From Daphnia carinata (Eukaryota): DNA of 64,000 nucleotides. Made by a program: the position numbers and the translations under genes. Positions 1 through 15,800 of this stretch are shown here, piece after piece (the stretch's first letter is position 1; every line of letters starts with the position of its first letter). The DNA lies in assembly GCF_022539665.2 (NCBI RefSeq), contig NC_081331.1:12958001-13022000 (forward strand), given 5' to 3'. The notes under the pieces are model-generated. The model searched no databases. It saw only the letters and a list, made by a program, of their open reading frames with translations, and was not told the DNA's origin.

Positions 1-1561
1 AGTTGAGAATGGATGTAAAAGTTTCTCTCTCTCGTTTTTCTTCTCGCTCCTCTGGTAGAAATTGTCGATTCGTTTTCTATTTCTTTCTACCTCAATTTCC
101 GCTTGGTTGAATCGCCTTTGCCTGCCATTGACTTGGCCCAGTCTCTGATGGTTCCTTTTTTTTTTTTATTCCTTTCCTCTTCGTTCTTTTGTAATGATAA
201 AGAATGAGGGAATCCGTGAACATTGTGGTGTTGGCCGCTTGTGTCTCGTGAAGAAAGAGGAAGTGCGTTGGGGTCTCGTTTGTTCTTTCCGTCGGGGAGC
301 TTTTGTGTGTTGCCTTCACACGTTCGCAGCGGACATTGTAACGATCAATAATCATCGGAATACAGACACCCAAGCAGGGCGAAACGAGAAAATTATAGAA
401 ACTAGAGAATTTCGTCATCATCGTGATTTTTGTTTTCATACTCACGAAAATGCGAGAAAAAAACAAAACAAACAATGCGAACGTTTGCACGTTAAACCCG
501 TCGCTATGAATCATAAATGTTTTTCAGCACGACGGCCAGCATGTTGGAGTGCGAAGGATGTTTTTGCATATTTACTCCTTCAGTAAATTGCGTACGAGGA
601 AAAAGAGAAAAACAAAAGCAATGAAACGTAAATGAGTAGTATTGCGCATGCCGTTATTCCATTTTTTTTTTTTTTTTATATTTTGAATCAGATTTACGCC
701 GTGTGTGTTTGTACGATTCGTAGCAAGTAAATAAGCTTAAATCCGTAAGACGTTGTTTACATTTTTCGGGTGAAAAGGACAACTGGACAAAGGGGCGGAT
801 TCGTTTTCTAGAAAAAACAAACAAAAAACAAACAAGGGAATTAACTTCAGGGGAAAAAAAATATGGAAGCCTTTCAAAATATCCGGCCAATGGTCAGTCG
901 TCCACCTTTAGGAAGTAGCGGTTCGTATTTTTTTTTTTATTTGAAGGATTTTGCGGCGAATTATTTTTTGAAAAAAAACAAACAAAAAAAACAGTGTATA
1001 CACGTCTGCGTTACGCTGAATCAAACAAACTGCGTTTCTTACGGGTTTCTCTCGTTTTCTTGGACTGCCCCAAAGAAAAAAGGGACCATCTCGTGCTATT
1101 TGCTTTGTCAACAATCGTAATAGGGTAGATGTATGCTTGTTAGCGACATGACGATCTTGCAAAAAAGGGACAGTGAATTTCAAAGTTGCATCCGAATTTT
1201 GCGCCAATAAAACATGAACAAATTGCGAACGATGCGTCCCTGGCCTATATGCAAACATGAGGCGAAGACAATTAACATTTTAGAAGCGCTTTTGCTCTTC
1301 ACACGCTTGATCTCTAACCTCTTAACTTGATGTCGTTAACTGCACAAGTTTACGTCTGCCCATCATTATCTGTCCTATGACAATTGATGGACCCAGCCGG
1401 GGCCGGTGCGAAACTACTACAAAGTCAAGAACTAGCGAGGAACTCGAAATGACGACAGCCTCCACTCGAATGGACGTTCCATTGCTAATAGGGTCCCAAT
1501 TAAGTTTGTGAAACGAATTAGGCCGAGCCCGAGACGTTTCTCTTTGTGTCGATCTATTTTA

Positions 1562-1597
1562 TTTTTTTTTTTTTTCTTCTTCTTCTTCTTCTTCTTG
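1562..1597. repeat. Poly(T) run grading into a (CTT)n microsatellite
   Basis: T-run followed by about 7 CTT units, read directly. Confidence 0.85.
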
Positions 1598-4500
1598 ATA
1601 CCTTAGCAATTTGGTCCCTCAGATGCTACACGCTTTTATGGTGAAGTATTTAAACAAAAATGGCGTACGATGGACAATGCGCAGTGCGTTCATCAATCTT
1701 GGCTTTTCTATCGGGAGTTTCTCAAGCGACAGGAAATGATGATTTCTTCCTGGTCTTGTTACTGAATGCGCCGTAAATTCTTTATCGCTGACGGGTCCCC
1801 CCTTTCGATGGGCAATCTTTCGGTCAATGATTGCGCATGAGGCAAAGACATTCTCGCTGTATGGGCGTCGTAAAAGACGTGCCGATAACAGCTGGCCCAT
1901 CGCAGAAACATGTGAATAGAAAAAATATGAAGAAGAATAGCGACGACTCAAAGTTAACCCATTTGTTCGCGGTTCAGCAATCACGTTTGCGCAGGAGTGG
2001 GTCCAGTTCGCAACGCATTGTCCTCGTGAAAAATGAAAGTAGCGCATCATCCCAATATCGCAAGTTCCATACGAAAGTTGGATTTCGGCCACCAGTAGCC
2101 GTGAAATTGTCGGAAGAGACGGGAACAGTTGAGGGACGGACGTCCGCTTACTTTTCAGTTTCTCCCTCTCTCTCTCTCCTTTTTTTTTTTTTTTTTTTTT
2201 TTAATTGGACGCTATCGGATGAAATGAGATCAAATCAGATAGCTCCGGTTAAAAAAAAAAAAAAAAAAAAAAAGAAAGAAAGAAAAGTACTACTAGTGGA
2301 TGTTGCAACTTTCAAATGCATTGGGGCAATGCAACATCCACTCCGCTTTGGCGCGTCGAGCAGACGATATACCGTGGTGTCGTGTGTCTCGTATTTTTTT
2401 GTCCGATTCAATCATATCATTTACGATGGGTATCGATAACGTAATAGGACAGTTGAGTTGTCCGTTCCCCTCTTGACGTTACGCAATGATTTAAGAACAT
2501 ATTCTTGTTTTATTTTTCCTCTCTTTTTATTCGAGTCAAACTTTAATAGAAACGGAAGCCAATCTCGTCAAGTTGAAGTGTTTCTTTGTGCTGTTGCTGG
2601 GCTATGCCAATGTCGGGTTATGTAATCCATTCTCTCATTCTTTTCTCGTCGTAGTGTCTATTATTATTTTATTTTTTTCTCTTTTTGTAAGGGATATAGG
2701 GAACATAGGAAAAGTACTGTAGGATCTTTTTGTCTGATCAAGGCGAGTCAATGTTTTTGGAAGTTGGCCAATTGTCAATCGTCCTACTTGTTTCCCGTTG
2801 TTTTGCCCGCCAGTTACATCAATTTCGTGACAATCCGTCGATTTGTCCCAATCCTTTGACTCTCTGACGTTATTGTCTCGTTCTCTTTTTATTTGCGATT
2901 CTCTCCTTTTCACGCACGCTCGAGAGGTCCTCCAATTTCTCGTCTATACCTGCGTCTCTTTTCAGTTGCTCGTGTTCGTCCTTCAGTCTCGCTGTCGCCA
3001 CATGCAATGCTCGGCTTTTTCCTTTTGTATTCAAACAATCAGATTTGAAAAAAAAAACCAGTCCGGTGGACTATGTTTTTTTTTTTTTTTTGTTTTTTTT
3101 TTTTTTGGTAGGGGTAGGCTCAGGTCTTATTCGAGCAATTCTTTTGAATTGTTGATTTTGAAATTTCATCCTCTCTTTTCTTTTTCTCTCGGCTTACTCA
3201 ATTGCTTTCAGTGCAGCACTTAACTCGTCTTCTAAAGTGGGTTTCGTGTATTCTTTTTTTTTTTTTTTTTAAACATCGTACGTCGCTCATGCTACATTTT
3301 TTTAATGCCATCGAACGTGGCTTAATCAACGTAATCATTCTTTTTCCCTTTTTTTTTTTTTTTTTTTTTCGTCGCCTACTTCATTTGTAACAAATGATGA
3401 TTGTCAATCACGATTGCTACGCGCGTCTCGTATCGAAATGGCACGTACGTCGGCTCGGCCTTTCACAACCCAATAACAATGAGGCACGGCTGCGAGTATT
3501 GGGTCAAGCCTGAACTGGAGAATGCGGACGAATAATAGAAGCAAATTGGTTTTTTTTCCATTTGTGTTTGATGATGGAGAAAAAGAAAAAAGTTTTGGAC
3601 GTCTTTGTTATAAACTTTTAGCCGTCTCCCTTTGCTTCTCGTTCTTTCTTTCTTATTAATAAGAGCATGAAAGGGGGGAAAATATGATGGGGGTTACAAG
3701 GGCACGTCATAGAACGGCAGATAGTCAAAACAGGGCCGCACAGAATACGCTGGGCAATCTGGACTGTGATCCACTCGACTGCTCCTATTATATTAGTTTG
3801 CTGCCATATTAGTCCCGATAGCCCCGTCCAGTGGAAAAAAAAAGAAAAGGATGGACAATACTCATGTAAGACCCCAGGCAAAGGAATTCAGACGTAAACT
3901 TTTTCGATAGACAAGTCATGTAAAGCTCCCCACCCCCATTCCCTTTTTTTTTTTATCCCGATATTTCGTGTGTTTCCAACTCCTTGAAAAATATGGAAAT
4001 GGAAAAAAAGAGCCAATTTATTTTGCCGCAGAGTATGGGCAAGGGTACGTGAGGGCATTCGTTGCAACTGAATCCATTCAATGTCCCCCCCCCCCTCCCC
4101 CAAAAAAAAAGGAAAGTCTTAGCCATTTTTTTTTGGACGTTACAAGCCAAAAAAAAAAAAAAAAAAGAAACATGTACAACTTCCTTGTCTCTTTATACCC
4201 TAATTTGCCAATCCGCTTGTAGAAAACCATCGGGTGGAAATAGCCCAGCGTTTTGTCGATTCCACCATGGACCCCGAAATGGCAAACGAAAAGAAAAAGA
4301 AAAAGGGAGATGAGACCTTAAGAATTGTATTGCTTTTCAAAAATGTATGTATAGAAATAGACAAAGACTTTGTGCGTGCAAAGGCATCGTTGGAAACAGA
4401 AGAGAATCGTAGGTCAGTAGGCCAGTCGATGGTCATCATATTTTAAAAATGAAAGTTGTCTATCGTAAAGAGAGAGATGAAGGCAATAGAGCATCGACTG

Positions 4501-5038
4501 CGAGTCTTTGTCGCGACTCACGTTCTGTTGCCATTTATACCTTGGCACTGTTGAAAACCTATCTTGTCATCTCTTTCCTCATACATACGTAATCTATTCC
4601 ATCATTTTTCGGCAAAAAGAAAATGTAAATAGAATCGCCATTTTTTTTTTTTCTCCCTTAAATTTACTAGTCGTGTCGACGTAATAGCATTTGAATAGAG
4701 GGGACTGTACGTAAACCTTATTATTATTCACATCGTTATGCGTTGGGCGCGAAACATGGAACAAAAAAGAAAAGCTCTTACGGATTAAGAAAAGCTCTAC
4801 GTTCTAATGTTACACACATTTTCTCAGCCCCGCTGTTTGATAATGTTACACCCAAAAGCCTAGAAAGAAGAAGAAGAAGGACAAAGTTATGATGCAACTG
4901 GGACTGGAACTCGTCATCATTTCAGTCGGCTGTCGCTATCCGCGCCCGTTAGCGAGCGTCTTCCATCAAAAATTGTAGACTCGAGGAAATGGCGTCAGCT
5001 CGTGTGTCGGCCTTGCTAGATGGTTTCCCTCCTTCATT

Positions 5039-5077
<39 letters not shown>

Positions 5078-5208
5078 CTCTCTCTCTCTTCCCTTTAGAA
5101 ATGGGGGATCTTCTTCTTCATCTCAAGTCGTGAGGCATTGACGCATGTACTTTCTCCAGCACGGTGCCTCCTCCGCCCGCGCACCGCCCGAGAAAGAATT
5201 GCTCCGCT

Positions 5209-5391
5209 CTGTGTGTGTGTGTGTGTGTGTGTGCAACAGTATTTTTTGTAAGAAAAAAAGAAAAAGAGTAGCGTCACTCTTGAGAATAGCTGGAAAATGA
5301 GGAGATTCCGCGTTTTTTTTTTCTTTCTTTTCGTTCATGGAGATAGTTTTCACCAACGTATCGCTTTTTTTGTGTGTGTGTGTGTGTGTGT
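5209..5391. repeat. Two (GT)n microsatellites
   Basis: TG runs at about 5209-5233 and 5370-5391. Confidence 0.9.
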
Positions 5392-5595
5392 GGAGTGCGA
5401 CACATGAGCTGGTACCACCGGTTGACTGAATTTTGCAATTCTTTTCTCGTAACATCTTGGGAAACTGCCGCCGATGTCGCCCACATGTTAAGTTTTTTTT
5501 TATTGGGAAAAAATGTCACACAACCAATAGGAATTTAATTATTTTCCGGCGCGGGAAATTCAATTTGAAGAAGGCGAGGCATCTTTCCGCGTCAC

Positions 5596-5627
<32 letters not shown>

Positions 5628-6853
5628 CTCTCTTCATTTTTCATTTTATATAATCGAATCGAGCGACAAAGAAATCTTTACAGTGTCGGTTCTTTTGTCT
5701 CTTCCTGGTTCGTAGAATTATTTTCACAAAACTTTTTGAAAAAAATGTGCTTCAATATTTTGTTCTGAACGACTGCGCTTCGCAGAACTTCGATAAAGAA
5801 AAAATGTGGCAATCCTACATAAATTGAAAGAATAATTTGTTAAATGCTTGATTGTCATCTTCTCCTGCACATCGACAAACCGCTTTTGATTTGCGCTCTG
5901 ACCTTAGAAAGAGATTTAAAAAAAAAAACATGTGCTCGTAACGTGATTGAGTTAATTCCCCTGGTTTATTTCTGTGGCGGTTCTTTCAAACGGATTTCAA
6001 AAAAAAAATTTTTAATTACACGTTGCGCGCTAGTTGACAGTTAGTTCAAAGATGTTAAAGAAGACTTCATCAAGAGGGATCTATTTTTTCTCGATGACAT
6101 TAGCTGACGCGGGGAGAGGGGGCAGACCCTGTTTTCTCGCTAACACTAGCCTTGTAATACAGGCGCTGTTTGGACACCACTCCGTCCTTTTCATACATCC
6201 CATTCTATGCCCACGTAATTCACATCCAAGCTTCAATTATGATGTTGCCAAGACCAAAGCAAAAAAAAAAAAAAAAATAATAATAATAATAAAAGAGCTT
6301 TAGACTGACGACCAAAAACGACCGTGTTCATTACTTTCATCTTATTTCGCCCCCCCCCCCCCGCCTTTTTTCCCCTTAGAAACGATTCAGTTCTAAAAGC
6401 TTTTCCACCTCGATGTTGTTCTTTTCTTATTTGATGTACTCGACGAATGTAACACAGACGAACGTGGGCTGTTAAATGTTGCCATGGGATATTTGGTCCG
6501 CAGCGAAACCAAGCGCCAATGTTCGCAAGTAGAGCCGAGTTACCTTTTATAAACAGACTGCCTGTGTTTTCGTCTCCTTAACAACAAAGAAGTTAATCTG
6601 AGTGAGGGAAAATTAAAAAAAAGGTTTTTGATTTTTATTTTATGTGATCCGGCTTTTCTTTCAATCTCACTGCCTCCCTAACTCTGCCATGTCTTATGGA
6701 ACAGTTGGTTCGCTCGTTGAGATACACACACTGTATCTGATAGTCTTCCTTTTTTTTTTGTATCTCCTCTTAATGCAAGACACGCGTCTTTTTTTTTTTC
6801 TTTTTCCTCTTCGTTATCGATCCGTTTTTATATATATATTCTTTTTTGAACAG

Positions 6854-7587
6854 GAGCAGAGCCACAAGTCCTACCGGCCGCTAACCGTGTTGACCTTTCG
6901 TCTCAACTATCTGCTGCACCAGCTGGAACCGTGGGGCTATCATGCCACCAACGTCCTTCTTCACGCCCTCGTCTGCCTACTCTACTTGCGGTAAGTCTAT
7001 TCTTCTTTATTTTAATCTCTGCATGATTATGAATGACGTTCATTTCGACATGCGCCCGCTTCTACTTTCGTGAAATGATCGAGCATGTTCTATCGATTTC
7101 CTCCTGAAGTTATGCCGGATATTCCGATTCTGGCACGCTAAAGGACAGTCAAAGATGGTCGCCTAATCAAACGTCCGTTCCATTGCCAATTATTCATTTC
7201 CGTCCGGTTTGGGCGATGTAAATTCGAGGGTTAAAAATCTGTTACTAGTTAGACGTTTTCCGCTTTTCCTTTCGTGATGTGTGTGTGTGTGGGGGGGGGG
7301 GGAGGGTGCAGGTTGGGCAGTCGGCAAGATATCCGATTAAACATCACTAGATGAATGCTGGTTTTATCGGATACGCTCCTCACGGGGGATATTTGCCTGC
7401 ATAATACGGGCAAAAAAACGCGGCCCGGAGATGTGCGTTCACGTTCGATCGCGAAATCGATCGATGATGGGCACCTATCATCATGTTGTCTCCGTTTGCC
7501 ATGACAACCGTATACACACATATATATATATATATGTTTTTTGTTTTTTGTTTTCTCCTACTTTGGAAAACAACCGTTTGATTTTTC

Positions 7588-7618
<31 letters not shown>

Positions 7619-7767
7619 CACTGAACGATTGCAATTTGTTTTGCATTTATAACTGCTTGTCTCGTCGGAGTTTCCGCTCACTAGTTTGTCCTTGGCGCTT
7701 GTCGCTTGATCGCATAGCAATAACGAGCCCTTGTTGTTTGTTCTTATTTTTTTGATTTGTGTGCTGT

Positions 7768-7802
<35 letters not shown>

Positions 7803-8600
7803 ATAGCTCAAAAGATTGTTGGGAGGGTTCACGATTTAGTGGTTTTGATTACCTTTTGATAAACCAAATTCTTTTCGAGCACTTGTCAATGCCGTTCCAT
7901 CCCATCGGAATACATGAACGCAAAATACTGTCTGCGGGAAAAAGAAAAGAAAAAACCCAAGCGCGATATATACACAACACGGAATGAGGATGGATAAAAA
8001 AAAAAATATATAAATAAAAGAGAGGGCACTTGTATTATAAACCCAACTCCCCATTGGTTCCGCTCTTGCCGTATCCAGTAGTGGCATCGTCGATTGGCCA
8101 CGAACCGTGAAGAAGTGGCTGGACCCGAAAACGGCGACAAGGGGGTCATTTCTTTTATTTATTTTTTTTTCCCTCTGCCGGATGGATCCATGTCACGTCG
8201 GGAAAAACGGATGCTGGCCTCGTGTGATCGATACGTTCTCTGATATACGCAATTGTGTGTGTGTATTTTCTTTTTTTTTTGTTTTGTTATTGTGATGGGG
8301 AATTCGGTTGTTGTTTTGTTTTTGTTTGAGAGCGTAGGTGGAAGGACCGCGAGGGAGTTGGCCGTTTGCTCTTAAAAGCGGAAGAGAAAAAGAAGGAGGT
8401 GTTGTGGCCCAGTGAACAGGAAGGGTAGTTTGCTTGAGGGAGCTGTGCGCGGCGAGCGATGTAATTTGCGGGCAACATCTGGAACAGTGGGGACGAATGA
8501 TCCATTGGGGACCGAACGCCGTCCTCTTGCCCGCCTCTTTGGAAGAATATTGCGGCTGACCAGTCTTTTAATATAACGAATCCTGCCTCAAGATGTGTAT

Positions 8601-8639
<39 letters not shown>

Positions 8640-9865
8640 TGTGTGTGTGTGTGTCTGTGTCTGTGTGTGTCTGTGTGTGTGGCCTTGCAGCATCTACACA
8701 CACAGAGCCATTCCTTTCATTTCTTTTATTTCCGTTACAACGACGCTAGGGGTTACGTTCCGGGCCACTACTTCTTCAGACTCTACCGCGTTTTTTTTTT
8801 ACTTCACTTTCGCTTGCGCCGGCCTCAGCCAGATTTATTTTTCTCGATTCTTTTATGTCTCTTTCTTTTATTTATTTTTTTTTTTTGAAGAAAAAAGGTG
8901 TCTGGATTTAAACATGGAAAAATTACGTGTCCTTCGTTGGACATTGGTCAACAATTTCAAATCAAATCATTTTTTGTTTGAATTCTATTTCTAGTCCAAT
9001 GATTTGAGTCACAAGATGCAGGTTTGAAATGAGAAAGCTCTTGAATCTCATTGATTATTCATATTTTATTTTTATTTTTTGAATCGTTATCGTCGTAGCA
9101 TTTCAATAGAAACTCACTTACACTAACGACACACTTTTTTTTTATGACGCTTATCTCGTCGCTTTCCTCATTATCGCTCCTTAAACTAATTTTTTTTTAT
9201 TTCTTGTTTCCCGGTCATTTGACGCCTCTCACGTAGGCAGCACATGAAACGATAAAAAAAAAAAAAAAAAACTCTCGCCACTCAAGATGAATGGCCATGT
9301 GTTAAAAAGAAAGAAATCCTCCATGTCCTTCCCCGAGAAAAAAAAATGGAAAGAAACAACAGCCTAAGAAACGATACAAAAAGAGACACAAAGAAATGAA
9401 AAATGAGGTCGGTCGCCTAGTCCGTCCTGAAAAGACAAAAAAAAAAACTTTATTTTATTTAATATTTTTGCTAGAAAGAAATGTATTGATCGTTTTCTTT
9501 TTTGTCTTGCTTCCCATCACGGTGGTGGCCAGGCGCGCGTGCAGCATAACCCGTCGTAACGATAGAAAGGGCGTGCCCGACACTCGGCCACATTGTTGTT
9601 ACGTCCTTCTCTATCGTGTGTACCCACTACACACAAGATACGTATAACATTGGCGTGTGTAGGGGGGGGAGAGGGGAGAAAGAGAGAGAGAGAGAAAGAA
9701 AACAGTTAAAGATACGCTGTTACATATAGTGGGCCTCTCTATTCAAGTGACATTTGCGCATACGAACTTGTGGGTTTCGTCACCATTCGACAGCGTAGCT
9801 ATGCACTGAGAATTTTCAATTGCGCTTTGTTCGTTTCCCTTTTTTCTTTTCGCAAATGGTTTGTT

Positions 9866-9896
<31 letters not shown>

Positions 9897-12800
9897 GAGG
9901 ACTACCGAGTACTCTGAGAAATAGATTTAAAGCGTTTGTCTCGAGAGACGGCGAGAAACCAATTTACCATTTTGCGCGGAATGAAGCTGGGAAATAATTA
10001 AAAAGTCCGATTGCATAGGCGGTTAAAGCATTGAAAAATAGATTGTGTACGAACGCTGCAAGGGCTATTTGAAGCGTTTACAACGGAATTTAAAAAAAAC
10101 CCAGTCGATGCTGGTGGTACAATGAAACCCTTTCAAGTTCATCGTGGCCCTCTTCTTTTTTATCTTATACGTTCTTGTTTGTTAGCCATTCAGCAAACAC
10201 TGATTGGCGTTTTTACGGCACTCGATAGTGTCTCTCTAGTCGTATTATATTTTTTGAAAAAAAAAAAAAAAAAAAAAAGGGAAGAGGGGGTTATCTGAAT
10301 TGTACAGCGATATGAATATGCGTGTAGACCAAACGGCTGGCATACTACTAACGCAATCTCGTGCAACAGTGAGCCGAGCCACTAGTTTTTCATCTCGCGG
10401 AATGAACGCGGGCACAGCACCACTGGACGGAATAATAAGTTCTATTGATTTCTCTGCTTTCTCTCGCTTTTTCTCTACTCTTCTCTAATTTTTTTTTTCT
10501 CCTCCTCCTCCTCCCTCCCTATCTTTTTATATTTTTTTTTTTTTTTTCCCTTTCTCTCCCCCACATTTCGTTCTCCATGTCTAACCTATTACCATGATTG
10601 AAACGACATGGCTGCCCTACCAATTATTGATTTATTCGTGGCATGTCTTTTTTTTTTTTTTTTTTTTTTCAACTGACAAGCGTTGCCACTTTTCTCACAC
10701 GTTTTCATGTTGTGATTTCTTTTGTCCAGTCGAATTTGTTCACTAGCTCATTATCGACAAGTTTTGCATTTTTTTTTTAAATCTTGTTTTTTAAAAAATG
10801 AACTGCAATTTGTTTTGCTATTTGGCCCCGTTATCCAACGATCGTCAGACCTCAAATGAAGGGGACATTCATAATTCCATACGTGCGTTGCGTATGAGAA
10901 GCCTCGTATGTCAATCATGTGTCGATCGTCATATTTCATAGGCTTCATCTAACATGCGCCGCACTGCGTTACCGTGTTCGCGTCCGGCTAAATTATGCGC
11001 CACACGCAATATTTTATTTTGGTCGCCATTTTTTCGGTCGTCGAAAATTGACTTCCCCTCCTGAAAGCACTTTTTTAGCATCTCAATCCATTTAGTTAAA
11101 TTACATTGAGTCACTAAAAGGTAATGCATTACAGGCCTAGAAAGAACGAGGGGGGGGGGGGGTTGAGGTGAGGAATCAAACGTGAGTGAAAGAAAAATCA
11201 AAAGCCTTTGGAAACGAAAAGAAAACAAAATGAATCTTCCCCTCCGCTGCATCTTTTGTGAGCTATTGTATATTTTTGAACGAAGTCTGTGAGCAAAGGA
11301 GAATGCAATCACTGAGAGTTGATTGTCAATTAAACGGAGGAGCCGCAAGTTGTAGGAGTCTAAACGCACGCGCCTCTTGATGGCGTCATGTGTTGCACGC
11401 ACACGTTGGGTCCAATCGTTTGCGCTTGGCCTGTTCGTACAGCGAACGTCCCTCGTCCTGTACGGATAGCAATTCGCGTCCAGCTGGATTTTTCTTTCAG
11501 TTGGTTTAACAGGCTTGTGCCCAGTGGAAGTTAAATCCATTAATGCAACGCCACATCGATACCCTCCTTTCACGCGGACGTCGAGCGCGACGACGTCATT
11601 TTCTGTCAACCGCGCATCTGATCAATCGCGCACATTGTACATTTCTTTTATAGAAACAAAGCAAAGAAAAATGGATGATGTAATGTCTTGTTTTTATTTT
11701 ATTGGAAGCACCTTAGAAAAAATGTTGGCTTCAAATGTCGTGCGTGATTGAAAAAAAAAAATGCGCTTTTGGGAGAGGGTTGTGTTTCGAAAATATCGTC
11801 TCACCTTCACGCAACGAAACGGAAAAGCCATTATTCAAAAATGGCGGTCATGAGACGGTATGCGCGTCGAGTGTCAGCACCCACTGACGTACGATATCGT
11901 TACGTTTCGAGAGTAGCCGTAATGACGCAGCTCTTGGGGTCCATTTGCGACCAGACAAGCTCCTTGCTGTACGTAGAGCAATTTTCCACGTTGGTGGGAA
12001 CGATTGAATTTCACGTTGGTCCATCGTTCCATTCGCGTGCACGCCGATTAAAATGTCCAAACCACTGTGAACGAAACTTTGCGTTTTCACAGTTCGCTCT
12101 TCAATTTGTAGTTGAACATGAATCCAATATTTGTTTTCCTCTATTTTTTTATTCGAAGAAAATGAAACAAAAAAATTGAAAGTGTAGAATAAATCTGCTC
12201 CATTACGGCCTAACGTACGGATTGCTTCCAGTGAAACGATTGCCGAGTGCCACTGGATACGGCCACCCGCAAGTGCAATTCTATTTTTTTTTTTTTTTTC
12301 CCCCTGGACAATTACTTCAACGACACCCTAGTTGGGCCATTTTCGTTCTCTCGCCCTCTGCTTTTGCTGCAGGGCAATGGAATGGAGTGTAGTCCACTCA
12401 TAAAAACGAATTCTGGCCGCTGATTTTAAACGGAGTTCTTCTATATTTTTATTGGAGTTTTTTATCCTTAGATACTAAATATTAAAACAAAAAAAAAGGG
12501 GGGGGGGGTACGTTCTAACCAAGGGTAAACAGCTGTATCGAATGACCGGAGGCGTTATGCAATCGATGCTACTTCACGAGCTCTCACATAGCGATGTGTG
12601 TATTAAAGATGAGACGACTCGCAATACAACCGATAAAGGATGTCTCCGAAATGTTCGTTGGCCACAGATACGATCCTTCTCCCAATTAAGGAGCAAAGTG
12701 GTTACCAGGGTCGATGGAACTGAGAACTGGTGCGGGATAAAAAGGGGGGGAGGAGCTAAATGAACTTTGAATGAAGCAACGGGAAATCTCAATGATATAA

Positions 12801-15800
12801 CCATCAGTGGGCTATGAAAGATAAAGGACAACCTGTTGCGTCGTTTTTCTCCAACTTTTAGATTTATTTCTTCGTTTCTTTTTAAAGAGTCCAAGTGAAT
12901 TTTTGACGGTATTCAACGTGTAGGCTTTTCCAATTTATATGCGGATCGTTCCGCCGTGGGAGGAATTAGAAACTTTGCATTCGCTTGCAATTAAAAATTT
13001 GCTGCATTGAAATAATTTCTTTGAAGAAATAAACAAAAATCTAATAGTGGAATGATTTTAAATCTTTGATGTAAAAAAAAAAAAAACGGTAATTGCACCT
13101 GTTGGGTGTGGTTCGAACTGTCAGCGAAAGAAGGCAAAACGATCACGTCAAGGATGCGAAATCATCTGCGTGTCATCACCTGTCTTGTCGATGCTTCGCA
13201 CAAACTGGGATTCTTTTGTGTGTGTGTGTGTGTGCGTGTCACTCGCATCGTAATCACTTGTTGATGGATCAAAAGATTTCCGATGTACTATTTGAGCGTG
13301 GGCATTCTTCACTTTAATTTCCGAACTGTTGCCCTCATCGTTCTCGAGTGTCAATTGATGCAGTTATGTTCATCGAGTGTAAACAGGTTGTCCGATGTGC
13401 CGCTCTGTCGCTGACACGTCGTTCCCAAATAACGCTATTATATCGACGCGAGTCAGTGAGGACTTTGCTAATGACTTCACGTTTTTTTTTTGTTTTTTTT
13501 TTAAACTGGTATAACACGTCGCCCTTCATCTCCCTCGGAAAGTTGACGGTGACTTGTTGAAGCACAACTTGCGTTCGTTGCATCGAAACAGTTGTCTAGC
13601 AAATGAACACCCGTTAACCTAAACCCAACTTTGCGTTTATTCTGACGCTGTCGCGTGTTCTGCGCATAAAATCCAGCGCTTAATTTCCTCACTTTGCCCT
13701 GTCATTTTTTTTTTTTTTTTTAAGAAAAGCACTCTGTCACCATCATTTGTTTATTTATGGTCCAACTTTCATTTGCTTCCGGTTTAACATTTGATGGAAA
13801 TGCGCATAGACTTTGGGTTCACGCGCATCCAACGAAAGTCTATTTATGCGATGCATTATTTTAACTTTCTATGCGCGTTCTGTCTGTCGTCAACTCCTAC
13901 ACTTTCACATTCTTTTCATAGATGCATATTGCAAGATTCTAATCTTTTTTTCTTTTCCGAGGAATGCAATAGTGCATTTATAATAAAAACTGGCAAATCC
14001 GCTTTTACAATGCTATGTACACACAGTACGGAGAAAGAAAGTGAAAGTGTAAGAAGAGATGAAGTAAAAAAAAATATTTGGAAGGGTAAGGAATAAAAAA
14101 AAAAAAAAAAAAAAAAAAAATGGCTGGAACCGGTGAGAAAAAAAAATGCGCTGGATGAGATGGAAGAGCATCAATATCAAAACTTGGCCGTATCGCAAGG
14201 GCAGGGAAAAAAAAGATTGTAGTATTCGTTTTTTTTTTCCCCACATGCGTCATGTCGCATTTATATAGCGATATAAGCCTTACGATCCAGGGACAACAAA
14301 AAAAAAAAGGAAACAAAAATAAGACCCAAAAAAAAAAATTCTCTTCGTATATTTTCATCATCACAAACTTTGGCCTGCTTACATAGTATATAGAGAAATA
14401 TAAAAAAAAAAAAAAAAAATAAATAAAATCTGAGAGCTGCTTTCCATCTTTTTTCATATCATGTCTTTAGGCTTTAAGTAGATGCCGATCCATTCCAATG
14501 AAATAGGGAGTCCAAATAAAGAGGGTGAGGCTTGTGGAACAGTAGGGCCACCACCGATGCGCGCCCCTTTCAATGTGTGTATAACACATTGAAGAGAGCG
14601 TACTGTTAGTGTACTTTTATATAGATGTGTGTGTGTGTGTGTTTGATCATGGATTCAGCTGATGCTGTGGCTGGGTTTTTTTTTTTTTAATGGTTGCTAT
14701 GTGCCAAGAGCTGGACCGAGAGATTCACGAATTCGCGTCACGTGCTCACGATGTATGTACAAACAGAGACGCACAAATCATAGTGGACGACGTGCAGAGA
14801 TGAGTAGACTTTTCCTCGGCTTTTGCAATGAGGGCCGAGTGTACTCGCTACTCTCCAAAACGGCCGCGTTGATTGTTCTTGCCCTCGTGAAATATGTATC
14901 AAGACGGACCACTCACGACCCTTAATACGCTCCTCGCCCTATTATGATTCCTCCCTCACCCCTCCTCCACTACATACAAAGCTATAGACAAAAGTTGCCT
15001 TGCCCTATAAAATAACTATGTTTCCTAAGTACCTAAATATTATACGACATTCGACTTGTTTTTTGTTTTGACTATATATAATTACTTGGAAAAGATCTAG
15101 TCTCTGCCTTCCAATCCGTAGACGGACGTTTGTACTACGTGATAAAATAGTATCAAATCCAACTCGATTGAACCCGTCGTTCTCTCGCTAGAGGAATAAA
15201 TAATAAGGGTCACTGTATGTCTAACACAGAAACATTGTTTTTATTGTAAGTACAATAAGCTCAGTAAGTACTGTGTTGGTTGCCATCTTGCTTTCCTCGT
15301 TGTCCAAGTCCGTCTTGATATCGGAAAGAGACCCGGCCGGAAAAGCCATTTCCGAAACGTCTTGATGTTTTGCTTAGATCCTTTGAAATCAATTGTGTAC
15401 GGTTAACCTCGTATAGAAACTTGATGCGCTAAGTAGACAAGCTCAATTGTGCCACGATGTGGTGGGTATAGGTCGCCTTTAATGATTCTGTATTTACGTC
15501 TTGTGTGACAGACACGGACGTAGGCGTTGGCCTTCTTCAGCTCCCGCGTGACTATAGTTTACTTTGAAACCCACTTGGACGTTGGGGGCTCACTTTTTTC
15601 ATACACGACGACGATTGTCTTGTTTACATCTAGTGCACTTTCGTTGGCATGGTGATGCGCGAGTTTTGGAACGATAGTTTCTTGTAATTGCTTCGTTATC
15701 TCTTCTTTTGAAATCAATTTTCTTTTTAACGCAACAAACTAGCAATCAATGAATAGCCTCTGTAAGTTTGCATTGAACAATGCCACTCGTTTGGAGGCGA